This document shows positions 13,091-24,070 of a stretch of DNA of 64,000 nucleotides, in pieces. The position numbers and the translations under genes are program-made. The stretch spans positions 94,800,001 to 94,864,000 of the forward strand of contig NC_045696.1 of NCBI RefSeq assembly GCF_009834535.1. The letters run 5' to 3'. Below the pieces are notes generated by a model. The model was not told where the DNA came from. It did not search any database and saw nothing but the letters and a program-made list of their open reading frames with translations. This DNA comes from Camelus ferus. Taxonomy: Eukaryota. Position 1 is the first letter of the stretch. Every line of letters starts with the position of its first letter.

Positions 13091-14055
13091 CCTGAGCGGA
13101 TTCCACGCTGTGAGTTTACTTTGGGGGTAGAGTCAGACTTTATTTTTCTTTGGCTTTGGCTCAGTGTGTTTTTCGACAGGCAGTCCTGCTTTCTGAAGCC
13201 AGATCTGACTCATCCTGAAAACAGAGCTTGCAGATTCTGGCCTGGTGCCAGGCCATGTGCCTATTTACCCTGCCTCTTCAACTTCTAAAGGAGCCGATCT
13301 CTCTGATAGGGTTAGGCCCAGACCTCTCGTCTGTCTCATGGGTGGTAGCAGAGAAAAGGCCAAAAAAAAAAAAGAAAAGAAAGAAAGAGAAAGAAACGAA
13401 AGAAATGAATCTCATTCTCTCTGAGCATTTCCATTGTGGTTTACTTAGTATGAAGACTCTCAGAGAATTTAAAGGCCCTGAGTCATTACACTTCAGGAGC
13501 AACAGAGGAGATGGCCCTTGGGTTATTTATTTTAGAAATATGAAAAAAAAAAGTGTCACAGACTTGGAATTTAAATCATAGTTTTGCACATAATTTATTA
13601 TAATGTAGATATCTCAACACACAATCTCATCTCCTAGCTCATAAATCAGATAGTGCGATACCTTCACATTCCCAGAATGATTAAAAAATATGTAAACTAT
13701 GGTTAAAAAGCACTTTAAAGATATGCAGCAACTTAGTACCTCTTTAAAAATAAAATTCCCTCAGGACAATAAAATGGTGTTCTCATCACAGTGCAAAACA
13801 TCAGATAACTGAAATGTAGTAAGTAGTTTGTAGACTGATTTCGAGAAGGCTTCTATATATTTTGACTAAAGAATAAGCTAGGGAGATGCAGGTTAGATTG
13901 TTTTATGTTATTCTTTTTGTGCACATTTTTCTAATTAAGGGTTTACTTTATGTAGGATTTTAATAAAGGAAAATGAATATAAGTAAATAAATATATTTCA
14001 ATAAGCATGTTTGAATTTCACAAATACACTATACACTGATAATCAGAATACAGAT

Positions 14056-14586
14056 TTTTCACTTATCTATTGCTACATAATAAATCACCCCCAAAATTAA
14101 AGGCCTAAAACTACAATTTCCTTTTTTTTTTTTTTTTAAATCTTTACACTTCTCTTGGTTAACTGCGTCCAACTGGGTGGTCGACTCCATTCAGCTGAGT
14201 GTCTCTTCTGTTCCATGTGACATCCGCTAGGGCCGCAGTCATCAGGATACTTGGCTGGGCGGGAGTACCAGTTGGCTCACTCACTTGGCTGGCCGCGATG
14301 CTGGCTCTTGCTGGGAGCTCAGCTGAGGCCTTAGAGTGCCTTGGTTCCTCTCCAAGTGTTTTGGGAATCCATGGTGCAGGAAGTGAAAACACAGTGCTCT
14401 TAATGCCTAGGCTTGGAAGCAGAAGAATGGCATTTCTACTGTGTTCTGTTGGTCAAAACTAGGTATAGGGTTAGCTCAGATTCAAGGGGACGGAAATTGG
14501 GTTCCACTACTTGATATAATGAGTGGTGTATGCATCCAAGAAGGGAAGAAATGATTGAGGACCATCTTTGGAGATTAGCTACTGCA
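14056..14586 (-). mobile_element. MaLR LTR (MLT1G/H-like)
   Basis: ttatctattgctacataataaatcacccccaaaatt...ctgttggtcaaaac...cagattcaagggg...ccatctttggaga...ctactgca. Confidence 0.88.
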
Positions 14587-15927
14587 GCTGGCCCTCTGGT
14601 TGCAAGAGTTCATGTAAAGTACCCTCACCCACCCTGAAATCCCCAAGTCCTCATCCTATTATGATGGAGCTTGAAGTCCAGGATGATTTAGTCCTGTTAT
14701 TTAAATCAGGCTCAGGAGTGGACGGGGCTCCTCAGGTGCAGACACTTTTAAAAGACAAAGTATCTGTCATCCACATTCCTAACTGATCCTGATGATACAG
14801 CCTAGCATAACCGCAATAGACATCCCAGTTCCCAAAAGGAGCAAGTCGCTCCTGGAAGTCACCAGTCCTTAGCTGGGCACGTGTTCCCATTTCCTCTGAC
14901 TCCAGGGAGGCTCTGCTCCCTGGGAGTGAATTCTATGGTTCTATGGTTCTTAGATTCACACCCCCCAACCCCTAGGTCCCTGGACTCTCCACTCTGACCC
15001 CTGAACCACCCTTTCTTTTTCATAAGAAGTTGCCCACATTTAGAGTTGAAAAGCTCTCTCAGCCTGCTTCCTCCCCATAGGAGTTGGGGGTCCAGAGACC
15101 TCTTTTAATTTTAAACTGTCTCTATACTGTTCAGCCCAAGCTTGTGTAATTCTTTATGAAATGGTGTGGGTTTTCCATGTGTTGAATTATAATCTATTCC
15201 ATTAGATAAAAATAACACCTATAAATTTCTTTCAGGCAGGCTCCTCCCTACCTTGGGCTGTGGGAAAGCACCTCGAATATTCTTAAAAGCCCTTTCAGTG
15301 TAGTGGAAAGGGTGTAAGAATCATGTCTTTATGATTCCTGGAGGCCCAGTTTTTAGATTGAGAGGATCTTATAAGACATGCCTTTAAGCTTCTTAGCTGT
15401 TCTGTAGTCTAGCTCAGAGGGTATACAAAGTGCTCCATTACCTTTCTCTGAGGTCCCAACATGTGAGAACAACCATACCCCTGAACTGAGTCTGACCCTC
15501 AGGCCATGTTTTAGTGGTAGTGCCCTGATATTGCCTTGAGGTTTTAATTTACTTTGAGTATATTTTGTGAACTGCGATTTTGGGATTGACAAAAGAGTTT
15601 TATTTTCCAAACTGGTAATTCTGGTTTCGGAAATGTTTCATCTATTTTTATCTTACCATAGAGTTAAAAGAAAACATTTGGCATTTTCAAAATGCTGCCT
15701 GGAAATGTTCTCAGCCATATTTACAATTTCATTAAGAATGTTGCCAAACTTTCTGTCACTACATGGCTGTCTATAATCTTTTTTCTCTGCCTTTAATAAT
15801 AATGTCCAGCTACCATTTACAGTTTCCTTGTGGCTGTTCTGGCCTCTGCTGGCTACTAGTCCTAAAGCCCGTGTCACATGTTTTAGGATTCTGTTATGGC
15901 ACCACCCTGCTTCCAGGTATCAATTTT
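14587..15927 (-). mobile_element. MLT1 internal sequence (MLT1-int), non-coding remnant
   Basis: Directly follows the LTR with gctggccctctgg. Ends in cacatgttttaggattctgttatggcaccaccctgcttccaggtatcaattt, the typical MLT-int/LTR junction. Confidence 0.8.
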
Positions 15928-16133
15928 TTTTTATGAACCTTAGGTTTTATTTTCTTATTTACAGCAGGATGTCTGACAGTCATTGGTCTAGTTAATTCGC
16001 CCATGGGCATTGTTCTCCACACTACATGTGATGCAGTAGCACATTCTCATTATGTTCTATCAACAGAAGCACTGTAATATTATCACATTATGGCAATCGT
16101 AATAATTCTAAACAACTACTTCACATTAGGTAG
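15928..16133 (-). pseudogene. Candidate 5'-truncated retrocopy of an unidentified polyadenylated RNA (3'UTR only)
   Basis: Minus-strand AATAAA at 15946-15951 lies 13 nt before an A9 tract (T 15924-15932). TSD ccaggta(t)caatttt at 15913-15927 and 16134-16147, with TTTT/AA at the right junction. Confidence 0.7.
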
Positions 16134-16884
16134 CCAGGTACAATTTTAATCTCAGTTATCATGGTACCCCTAATGAAGATGCAGAGCATTTGGAAAAAAT
16201 TCTTGTCTTGAAAATAGTAGTGCCAAAACAACCAAATTCACAAATTTGCTGATGTTTCTCCATGCCTGTCTATATCAGAGTTAGTCTTTTAGCAACTACA
16301 CATTCATGAGTTATTTGGCCAGATGTGAATTTTTGTCTGTTGATGAACTGGCCTATAAAATTAGTAAGTCAATATTGAGGCATCCAAAAAATTGTTTCTT
16401 AGGGGTTGTTTAAAGATTATTTTCTGTTGAAGTTACCATGCCTTTCTTCTCCTCAATTCTCCCAATCACCTTTGGGCCCCTAAATGTGAAACTATCATGA
16501 CTTTTTTTCTGATCTCCAGGTAATTACCCGTCATGTTCTCTAGATTCTGCCTTTACAGAGTCTCTCAGAGCCATCCCATGCACTGCATGGCTTTAGCCTC
16601 GGTCCAGATTCAGGCCTCCTCGGCTCTCACCTGATCTACTTGAGTAGCCTCCTCATTTCTAGTTCCTTGCTCTCCTTACTTCCTCCCCTCATCATTCATT
16701 TAATAAAATAGGAGACATGATATGGAGCATACGCACTATGACAGGCTGAGACATACCCGTGTACTAAATACGGCCCCTCCTCAAGGAACTCAACCCTGTT
16801 GACAAGGGAATTTTATTTAAGCACAGATTGAATCACTTTATTCACAATTCAAAAGCAATACAAAAAAAAAAAATCAGATTCCAT

Positions 16885-17530
16885 TTCCGGCTCTAATCCA
16901 GGATTCCGGGTTGCATTTACTTGTACTGTTCCTTAGCCTGCGCCAATCTCTGATAGTTCCTCAGTCCTTCTTTGTCTTTCGTGATCTTTACACTTTTGAT
17001 CTGTGCTCATCAGTTATGTCATAGAATTTCTGTCAATTTTTTTGTCTAACGTTTTCTCATGATTAAGTTTTGCATCTTTGGCAAAAAGACACAAATGCTA
17101 TCTTTTCAGTTCATCATATCACGAGGTACGGGATGTCCAGATGTCTTAACTACCAGAGATGTTAACTTTGATCACCCAGTTAAAGTGTCTGCCAGGTTCT
17201 CACTGTAAAGTTACTGCATCTCCCTTTGTAATTTAAAAATACCTTGGGAGAGATTCTTTGGGATTATAAAAATTTCTCCCATTGGTTTTAACATCTGCAG
17301 TAGGTCTTGCCTGTAACATTTATTAGTGTGATATTTGCCTAATGGTGCTTTTGTATATCCCTCATTCCCTCTACATTTGTTAATCAAAATTATTCTGTAA
17401 GGAGAAGCTGCCTCATTTTGCTCATTTATTTATTTATTCAAATACATATTGATGTAAGCATGGACTCATGAATATTTATTTTATGAGTAACAGTTAAGTA
17501 TGATACTTGTTTGTTGATCAAATTTCAATA
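16885..17530 (-). mobile_element. L1MC4/L1MC5-like 3' region
   Basis: ctaatccaggattccgggttgcatttacttg...gatgttaactttgatcacccagttaaagtgtctgccaggttctcactgtaaagttact. Confidence 0.85.
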
Positions 17531-17541
17531 GTCACCTTTTT

Positions 17542-17848
17542 TGGGAGGAAGATTTTTAAAAGTAATTAATTAATTGAGGTATAGTTGATGTACAATATTA
17601 TATAAGTTTCAGGTGTACAACATGGTGATTCACAATTTTTAAAAGTTATACTCCATTTGTAGTTATTATAAAATACTGGCTATATTCCTTGTACTGTACA
17701 ATATATCCATGTAGCTTATTTATTTTATAGTAGTTTGTACTTCTTAATCCCCTCCCCCTATCTTGCCCCTCCCCCTTTCTCTCTCTCCGCTGGTAACCAC
17801 TAGTTTGTTCTCTATATCTGTGAGTCTGTTTCTTTTTTGTTGCATTCA
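17542..17848 (-). mobile_element. 5'-truncated L1 3'UTR with 15-bp TSD
   Basis: taattgaggtatagttgatgtacaatattatataagtttcaggtgtacaacat...ctggtaaccactagtttgttctctatatctgtgagtctg. TSD aatagtcaccttttt at 17527-17541 and 17849-17863. Confidence 0.93.
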
Positions 17849-18661
17849 AATAGTCACCTTTTTAAGGAAGCTTTCTTCTTGAAATACTCTATGTATTATG
17901 TCTTTCTCTGCTGAAACCACAGATCATTTCATTTGCAGCCCTTTTATGTTGCTCTCTACTTTTTGTCTTATACTGTAGGTGTTTATTAATATGCCCATTC
18001 TCATAACCCCCATCTTCATTTCATGCAGTGAATTATTGAGGATAGAGATGAAGTATTACTAACCTTTTATTCCTTCTACAGTTCATACACATTGTAGGAA
18101 ATCAGTAAATATGTGTTGAATTAAATTCAATTGGTTACAGCATTTTTGTGCCAAAATATAATTTAGCAATACACCTAAGAGCCTGACACAGTGTCTCACT
18201 CATTTTCACACTTGCTTTGTTTCCTCAAGGTTTCTTTGTCTTCGAATTCTTAAAAGTTTTATTATTTATGTACCAACCTCTCAATGTTCTAGAATATGTG
18301 TGTTTCCAAAAAAAAAGTATCTCTCTTTAAAATACTTAAAATTATTAATAGAAGGGTGGGAATTCCAGCAGGAACACAAAAATTGAAAGTAATGAAAAAC
18401 ACAACTAAAAACTAAATTAGGAACAGATAAAGACAAGGGATTGTGGGGAAAACAACTAAGATGTGGGCCATTAAAAGAATTAGACATTGGCATGAAAACA
18501 ATGACCAGAGATCTGATTTCTATGTATCTTAGAACCGTTGGGGTCTGAAATGTGGAATTTGAATTTTCTCAGTGTCTGATTTGGCTTCCTTGACTCATTT
18601 ATTTATGATGGCCTCTATCACATTAAGGGTGAGAATTACGTCCAGGTCATTCATAATATAA

Positions 18662-18725
18662 TGTGTGTGTATGTGTGTGAGAGAGAGGTTTGTGTGTGTG
18701 TGTGTGTGCGTGTGTGTCTGTGTGT
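18662..18725. repeat. Compound (TG)n/(GA)n microsatellite
   Basis: Directly visible. Confidence 0.95.
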
Positions 18726-20119
18726 ATACATACATATTTGCAGAGATTATTCTTTATGCCTCTGTGTCATTAGTCTTATGGAAGACTATTAAATGTCTTA
18801 ATAAATATGTGTTAAATATTTACTAAGAGCAAGGTTTGAGCTATTAATGTTGAGGAAGTACAGATTACATGGCCTCCATGTAGTTCTCTAATTTCAGTCA
18901 TTTGTGTACTATTTTAAAATTCCAGAGCTGGTTACTGATAGATCTTGAATATGAACCCAGGCAGTCTGACCCCAGAAGACTAACTGCTGATCCTAAACTG
19001 CCCCTTAGTAGATATTAAAATGAAAAGTGTTCCTTAAGAACTATGAAAGTAGTTTTGGGCACATTTATATGTTGTGATTCCCTGAAAACTAGATGAAGTC
19101 TGTGAGTGACTGTAGCACAGAGTGTTCCACACCATGAGAACAGGTGTCACAATGAATTGCTACAGGAGATAAGAAAAGAAAAAGTGTCCAGCTGGGCAAA
19201 GCAAAAAGATTTAGTAGAGGAGGTGGCATTAGAATACTTGATTTGTGTGTGTAGAGATGGGACTGAGAGGGGACATCCCAGCTGCAGGGTGAAGCACAGA
19301 CTATGTGTAAAATGCAGATAATTTTCTTGCACATTGTGTGTGTGGGAGAAATGAGAAGCTGGAATAGTACTACACAAAAGCATGAAAGGATCTTCCATTT
19401 GATAATGATTTACTGTGTTAAGAAAAGTAAATGAAGCATCTGGACCGATGCCCAAAGACCTAGAAATCCTTTAAAGTGTCTTGAGTTGGCAACGTGTTTT
19501 AGATTTATGGATTGAGAGTTGTATTCATCAAGGTATTTATTCAAATACAAGAAAATTTAAGTCAGAATTTGGGTAAACTACCACCAGGTGGTAGCAGATA
19601 TACTGATTTCTTAGTCTAGCTGACTTGATTTAAGCCAGAAACGTATGTATGTGAGAGCCAATTCAGAATTCTCAGTTATATTAGGATCGTATGTGTGTGT
19701 AGGTTTGTTTGTATAGATTATATATGATTACATCATATAGTTACCATATTTATGTAAAATAATTTACTTCTCACAGTGCAGTTGCATCGCCATTTTCAGA
19801 AACAATACAGTATGTTTCTTTGCCAGATATTTTATTCTTAGAATTAGAGTACACAGGGATATATGCTAACTCAATGGGATGGTTGACATTAATATTCCAT
19901 GTATTATTTCAAAAAAAATAGAAAATGCATACGTTTATCTGAATTTCAGCTTGTGGTTGAAGTAGTGAGACCAGAAAAAAGTGGGTTAATTAAGATTGAA
20001 AGAGACTAGGGAGAGGCCCAAATTTGGTTTTTTCACACATAGTTAGTGGAATAAGGGGCTTCAGATCATAGGCAGGTCTGTCTCCAAGATGCAGCTAAAG
20101 TCTTCTCCTTTTATCCTCT

Positions 20120-20260
20120 AATTTAATCTTCCCAACAGCCCTATGAAATAGAAAGTATTATCTCCACTTAAATATAAGAAGACTGACTCAAATAGCTTAA
20201 GCAATTATCTAATTTAGTTGTACAAGTAACTGACAGATCTGGAATTTGAACCCTCATCTA
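20120..20260 (-). mobile_element. MIR SINE
   Basis: atttaatcttcccaacagccctatgaaatag...tattatctccactt...ctggaatttgaaccc. Confidence 0.8.
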
Positions 20261-20394
20261 GTTTCACTTTGCCCTTCCTTCTCAGTACCCAAGAGATACA
20301 TGACTACCTCCTTCAGAAACACATTGGCCTTCGCCCTCCTCAAAACAGGAAAGGAGGTGATGACAGTTTTTTAATATTGATTAATTAAGCATTG

Positions 20395-21310
20395 CATTTT
20401 CCCCACATCTTATTATAAAAAAATTCAAATATAGTTGAAAGAATTTCATGGGATGCCCTTCATGTAACTACAACCTAGATTTCTGTAATTTGTATTTTAC
20501 CCTACTTCATCACGTTATCTGTCCATCTATTCATCCCATTATTTGATCATATCCCAATTTTATATGCATTTCACAGTAAATTGAAGACATCAGTTCGACT
20601 TCACCCCAATTACTTCAGCATGCATATTGTTAACTGTCAGTATTGGTTTATAGATTTATTAAAATTTTGAGATAAACATATAATGAAGTGCAACAATCAT
20701 AGGTGTATTATTCAATAATTCCAAACAAATGCATACAGCTGTGCAACCCAAATTTCTCTCCAGTTATGGAACGTTGCTCTCAGACCAGAAAGTCCTGATA
20801 TGTCCTTTCCAGTCAAGTTTGTTCCTCTCCACCCCTTTTGGGACACCATCATTCTATTTTTTGGTTGGTTGTTAGTTTGTCTAACAAGAGGGTAGTGTTA
20901 CCTCTTTTAGAATTTTGTACGGATGGAATGAAACAGTATGATGCTATGTACTCTTTTGTATAAGGGTGCTGTCACAGCAGCATAATGTATTATGAGAGTA
21001 ACTCATTTTGTTCTAAGTGTCAGTAGTTTATTCCTTTTTATTCCTGCTGATGGGCAGCTGGACTGTTTTGGTTTTTATCTATTATGGAAAAAAGCAGCTC
21101 TGAATATTCTTGTACCAATTTTTCATTTCTTTTGGTATAACTACTGGTCACAGGGTAAGTAAAGGTTTAGTTTTATAAGAAACTGCCAGAACTTTTTCCA
21201 AAATGTTTGTAGCATTTTACATTCCCACTAACAACATATGAGAGTTCTGGTTGCTCCACATTATTACCAACACTTCATGTTGTCAGTCTTTTAAATTTTG
21301 TCCTTCTGGG
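20395..21310 (-). mobile_element. Old L1 (L1MC/L1ME-like) 3' fragments
   Basis: ttttataagaaactgccagaactttttccaaaatgtttgtagcattttacattcccactaacaacatatgagagttctggttgctccaca is antisense L1 ORF2 end. Confidence 0.85.
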
Positions 21311-22544
21311 AGTTTGTATTGTTTTCTTATTGGGGAAGAGAGCCATGCATAGTCAGCTTTGGTTGGACCTTCTGTTCTTTTTGAGTCAACTTCCTTTATG
21401 AGCTTCCCCACACATTGTTTTGTCCGTTTGTAAATATTCCCCAAGTTCCTCATTCGTATTTTTCCTGTTTCTCCATAACATTTTCTTTTGCCTGAATTCT
21501 CTGACTTTAACATATTTTATTTCTACTAACTAGCTCTGATAATGCCTTCCCTTTCGTTGCAGTAGATTTTTCCTTTTGACTAAAGTGACTTAATTGTAAT
21601 TGCTGAGTGTTTTATTGTTAGCAGTCAGATTAGAGGATCCATTTATGCATGCTCTTTGTTGGACAGTAGTTAAGTAAGGAATTCTACCAGACACTTCAGA
21701 AGGATTTCAGTCTCAAAGTTTTAAAGTTATATAGGCAGGAACTTCTTGGGCCTGGGTAGTAGTAGGATAGTTTTATGGTGAGGTTGTGATTGGTGGTTGC
21801 TTGATCAGAGGAGTTTGGTAATATGTGGAAAATTGGTAAATCAAAGGGTAAAAAGCAATAAGCAGCCGGTTTTGTTTGTTTTAAACAAACAGAAGAACAA
21901 AACCTAGGGATTGCCTATATTAAGCTTTGTGTTCATTAATCCCATTGTATTTGTAACTCACTGTGAGCAATAGATATCCCTTTTTTAAAAAAGTCACTTT
22001 ACTTTTTACTTTAAAAGAGTCACTACTGATAATTTGCAATATTTTATACTCTGCTGGTGGTTAAAATAGTTTGATTCCAAAAGTGCAGGTACCCCTGCTA
22101 GAATAAAAATTTTAAAAATGACTTTCAAAGGAGATTTTGTGATACGGATTTTAAATTTAGAAATTTTCAAAGAAGGTAGTAGCATAAATACATTTCTGTT
22201 TTCATTAGGTAGTCATTTCTCAACAATTTACGCTTGTGTCCACATTCATTAGAAAAAGAAAAAAGGGGAAAGATGAAAACTTCTTGGTCTAAAATCCTAG
22301 CCTGAAGTCAAGAGAAAATCTCACTAGCCAAAGAAAAAAGAAATAAACTAGAATTGAATGGCATGGGTAATAGAAATTATAAAGCAGGGAGGTAACAGTA
22401 AATGGAGCCACAAAACAATTCTTTGGGTACCAGAGCAGTCTCTTTCACCTTTTAGCTATGTGATCTCGAGCAAGATCTTTAAATTTGCTAAGCTTCGTAC
22501 GGTGGTTTAAAAAACTAAATAACAGTCTGCAAAATTATTTTTAT

Positions 22545-22720
22545 TCTCTCAGCAGCCCTGCAGACTAACATTACCCTCCCCCACCCCAACTTTTAGGTGG
22601 GGAAACTAAGTTACTTCCTCAAGCAGGCACAGCCAAGTTACTGATGAAGCTGGAGCTACTGGTAAAGCTGTTTGAACACAGATCTAGACAAATTTGAAAA
22701 GCCTTATCCTTCCCATATAA
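22545..22720 (-). mobile_element. MIR fragment
   Basis: ctcagcagccctgcag...ttttaggtggggaaactaag...tttgaacacagatctagac. Confidence 0.6.
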
Positions 22721-22911
22721 AGCACCTACCAGTTCCTTGGAAATTAGTAAGTGCTGAGTAATTATGAGTCTCCTAGGCAGGAGAGAAAGAGAGAAAAAGA
22801 GACGGGGAGAGATGGAGAGAGGGAGGTAGGAAATATATATGCTGGACATATCTAAAAATGGGATTAATACGTACTACACCGAGATTCTTGAATGCTCTCT
22901 TTCAAGTTCTT

Positions 22912-23052
22912 TGTTTTGTTTGGTGGAGGGGAAGGAGGTAATTAGGCTTATTTATTATTATTATTTTCCTTTAGAGGAGGTACTGGGGGTTGAATCTAGG
23001 ACCTCATGCATGCTAAGCATGTGCTCTACCACTTGAGCTATTCCCTCTCTCC
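22912..23052 (-). mobile_element. tRNA-derived camelid SINE (Vic-1-like), long form
   Basis: ggaggtactgggggttgaatctaggacctcatgcatgctaagcatgtgctctaccacttgagcta. Candidate TSD ttcaa(g/a)ttctt at 22901-22911 and 23053-23063. Confidence 0.92.
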
Positions 23053-23089
23053 TTCAAATTCTTGTTTATAAAACAGTATCACTGTAGAC

Positions 23090-23430
23090 CAGGGATTCTA
23101 CACTTAGAGTCCACTAAGTCCATAGAGCCTTTGGATAGAATTTGTGAGGGGTAATTTGTGAACTTTAGCATGTAGGTAACAAACCATTAATAAAACCCAC
23201 AGTTATTATCATATCAAATTACAGTTGTTGCACATATACTGAAATCTTATCTATGCCCATGACTACTTCCAAATAATTGTAGTTATTAGACCCACCACTT
23301 GATCTTATTATTCAGTGACCTAATAAAGGAGTACCTATATTACTATATGGCACATTTAAAATATTTTGATGATCTATTTCAATATAACTGGCTTCCTTTG
23401 TAATCCTATGTATTCTATCTTATGCATCAA
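23090..23430. mobile_element. hAT-Charlie DNA transposon fragment (Charlie4a-like)
   Basis: cagggattctacactt terminus and ttacagttgttgcacatat...gtagttattagacccacc...ttcctttgtaatcctatgtatt, matching a recalled consensus. Confidence 0.75.
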
Positions 23431-23705
23431 AGTATATATGTACATATGCATATATATGCATTTCAGTGTATATTCAACTATCACAAAGATGAAGATACAG
23501 ATCATCATTAGTACTCATGAAGGCTTCCTTGTGCCGCCTCACAGTCAGTAGTTATTCAAAGATAATCATTGTTCTGAATTCTATCATCCTGGTTTAGTAT
23601 TGTATTTTTTAAAAATGAAATTTCTTAAAGCACATATTATATAACTTTCAGTGCTTGGCTTCTTCTGTGCAAACTTAACGTATGAGTGATTTATTCACTA
23701 TTCAT

Positions 23706-24070
23706 GCATTAGAGGTTGGGTTCATCAAAGACAGGAGCTGAGAAGGAGTCTGGATGGCAAGATGCTAGTTAGTGCTCTACACCTGTGAAAGGAAGGGGCC
23801 GAAACAGGACTGGGAAGAGGAAGAAGCTAAATTGTGATGCAGAGCTGACAAAGCCTCAAGTGAATATTGCCCATCAGGGTATCCTGGGTTGAGTTGAAAT
23901 GGCTGAGCATTTACACCTCTGTCTTGTTCAGTCCCCAGGTGTGGGCTGCCCTGGGAAGGCCCAACCCGAGGCAAAGAAACTCCTTGCAATTGAGGCAGAG
24001 TCTGAAAGAGGTGGACAGGTGGAGGCCGTTGACTCTGTTGCTTATGACTGGTGAGTAAATCCAACAGCAG
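23706..24070 (-). mobile_element. ERVL LTR (LTR16C-like)
   Basis: aggttgggttc...acacctgtgaaaggaagggg...caggactgggaagaggaagaagctaaattgtgatgcag...caaagcctca. Confidence 0.75.

Noticed and set aside
13228..13581. 117-aa ORF with a poly-Lys, NLS-like stretch
   Set aside because: The Lys run comes from an A-rich simple repeat, and no homology is recognised.
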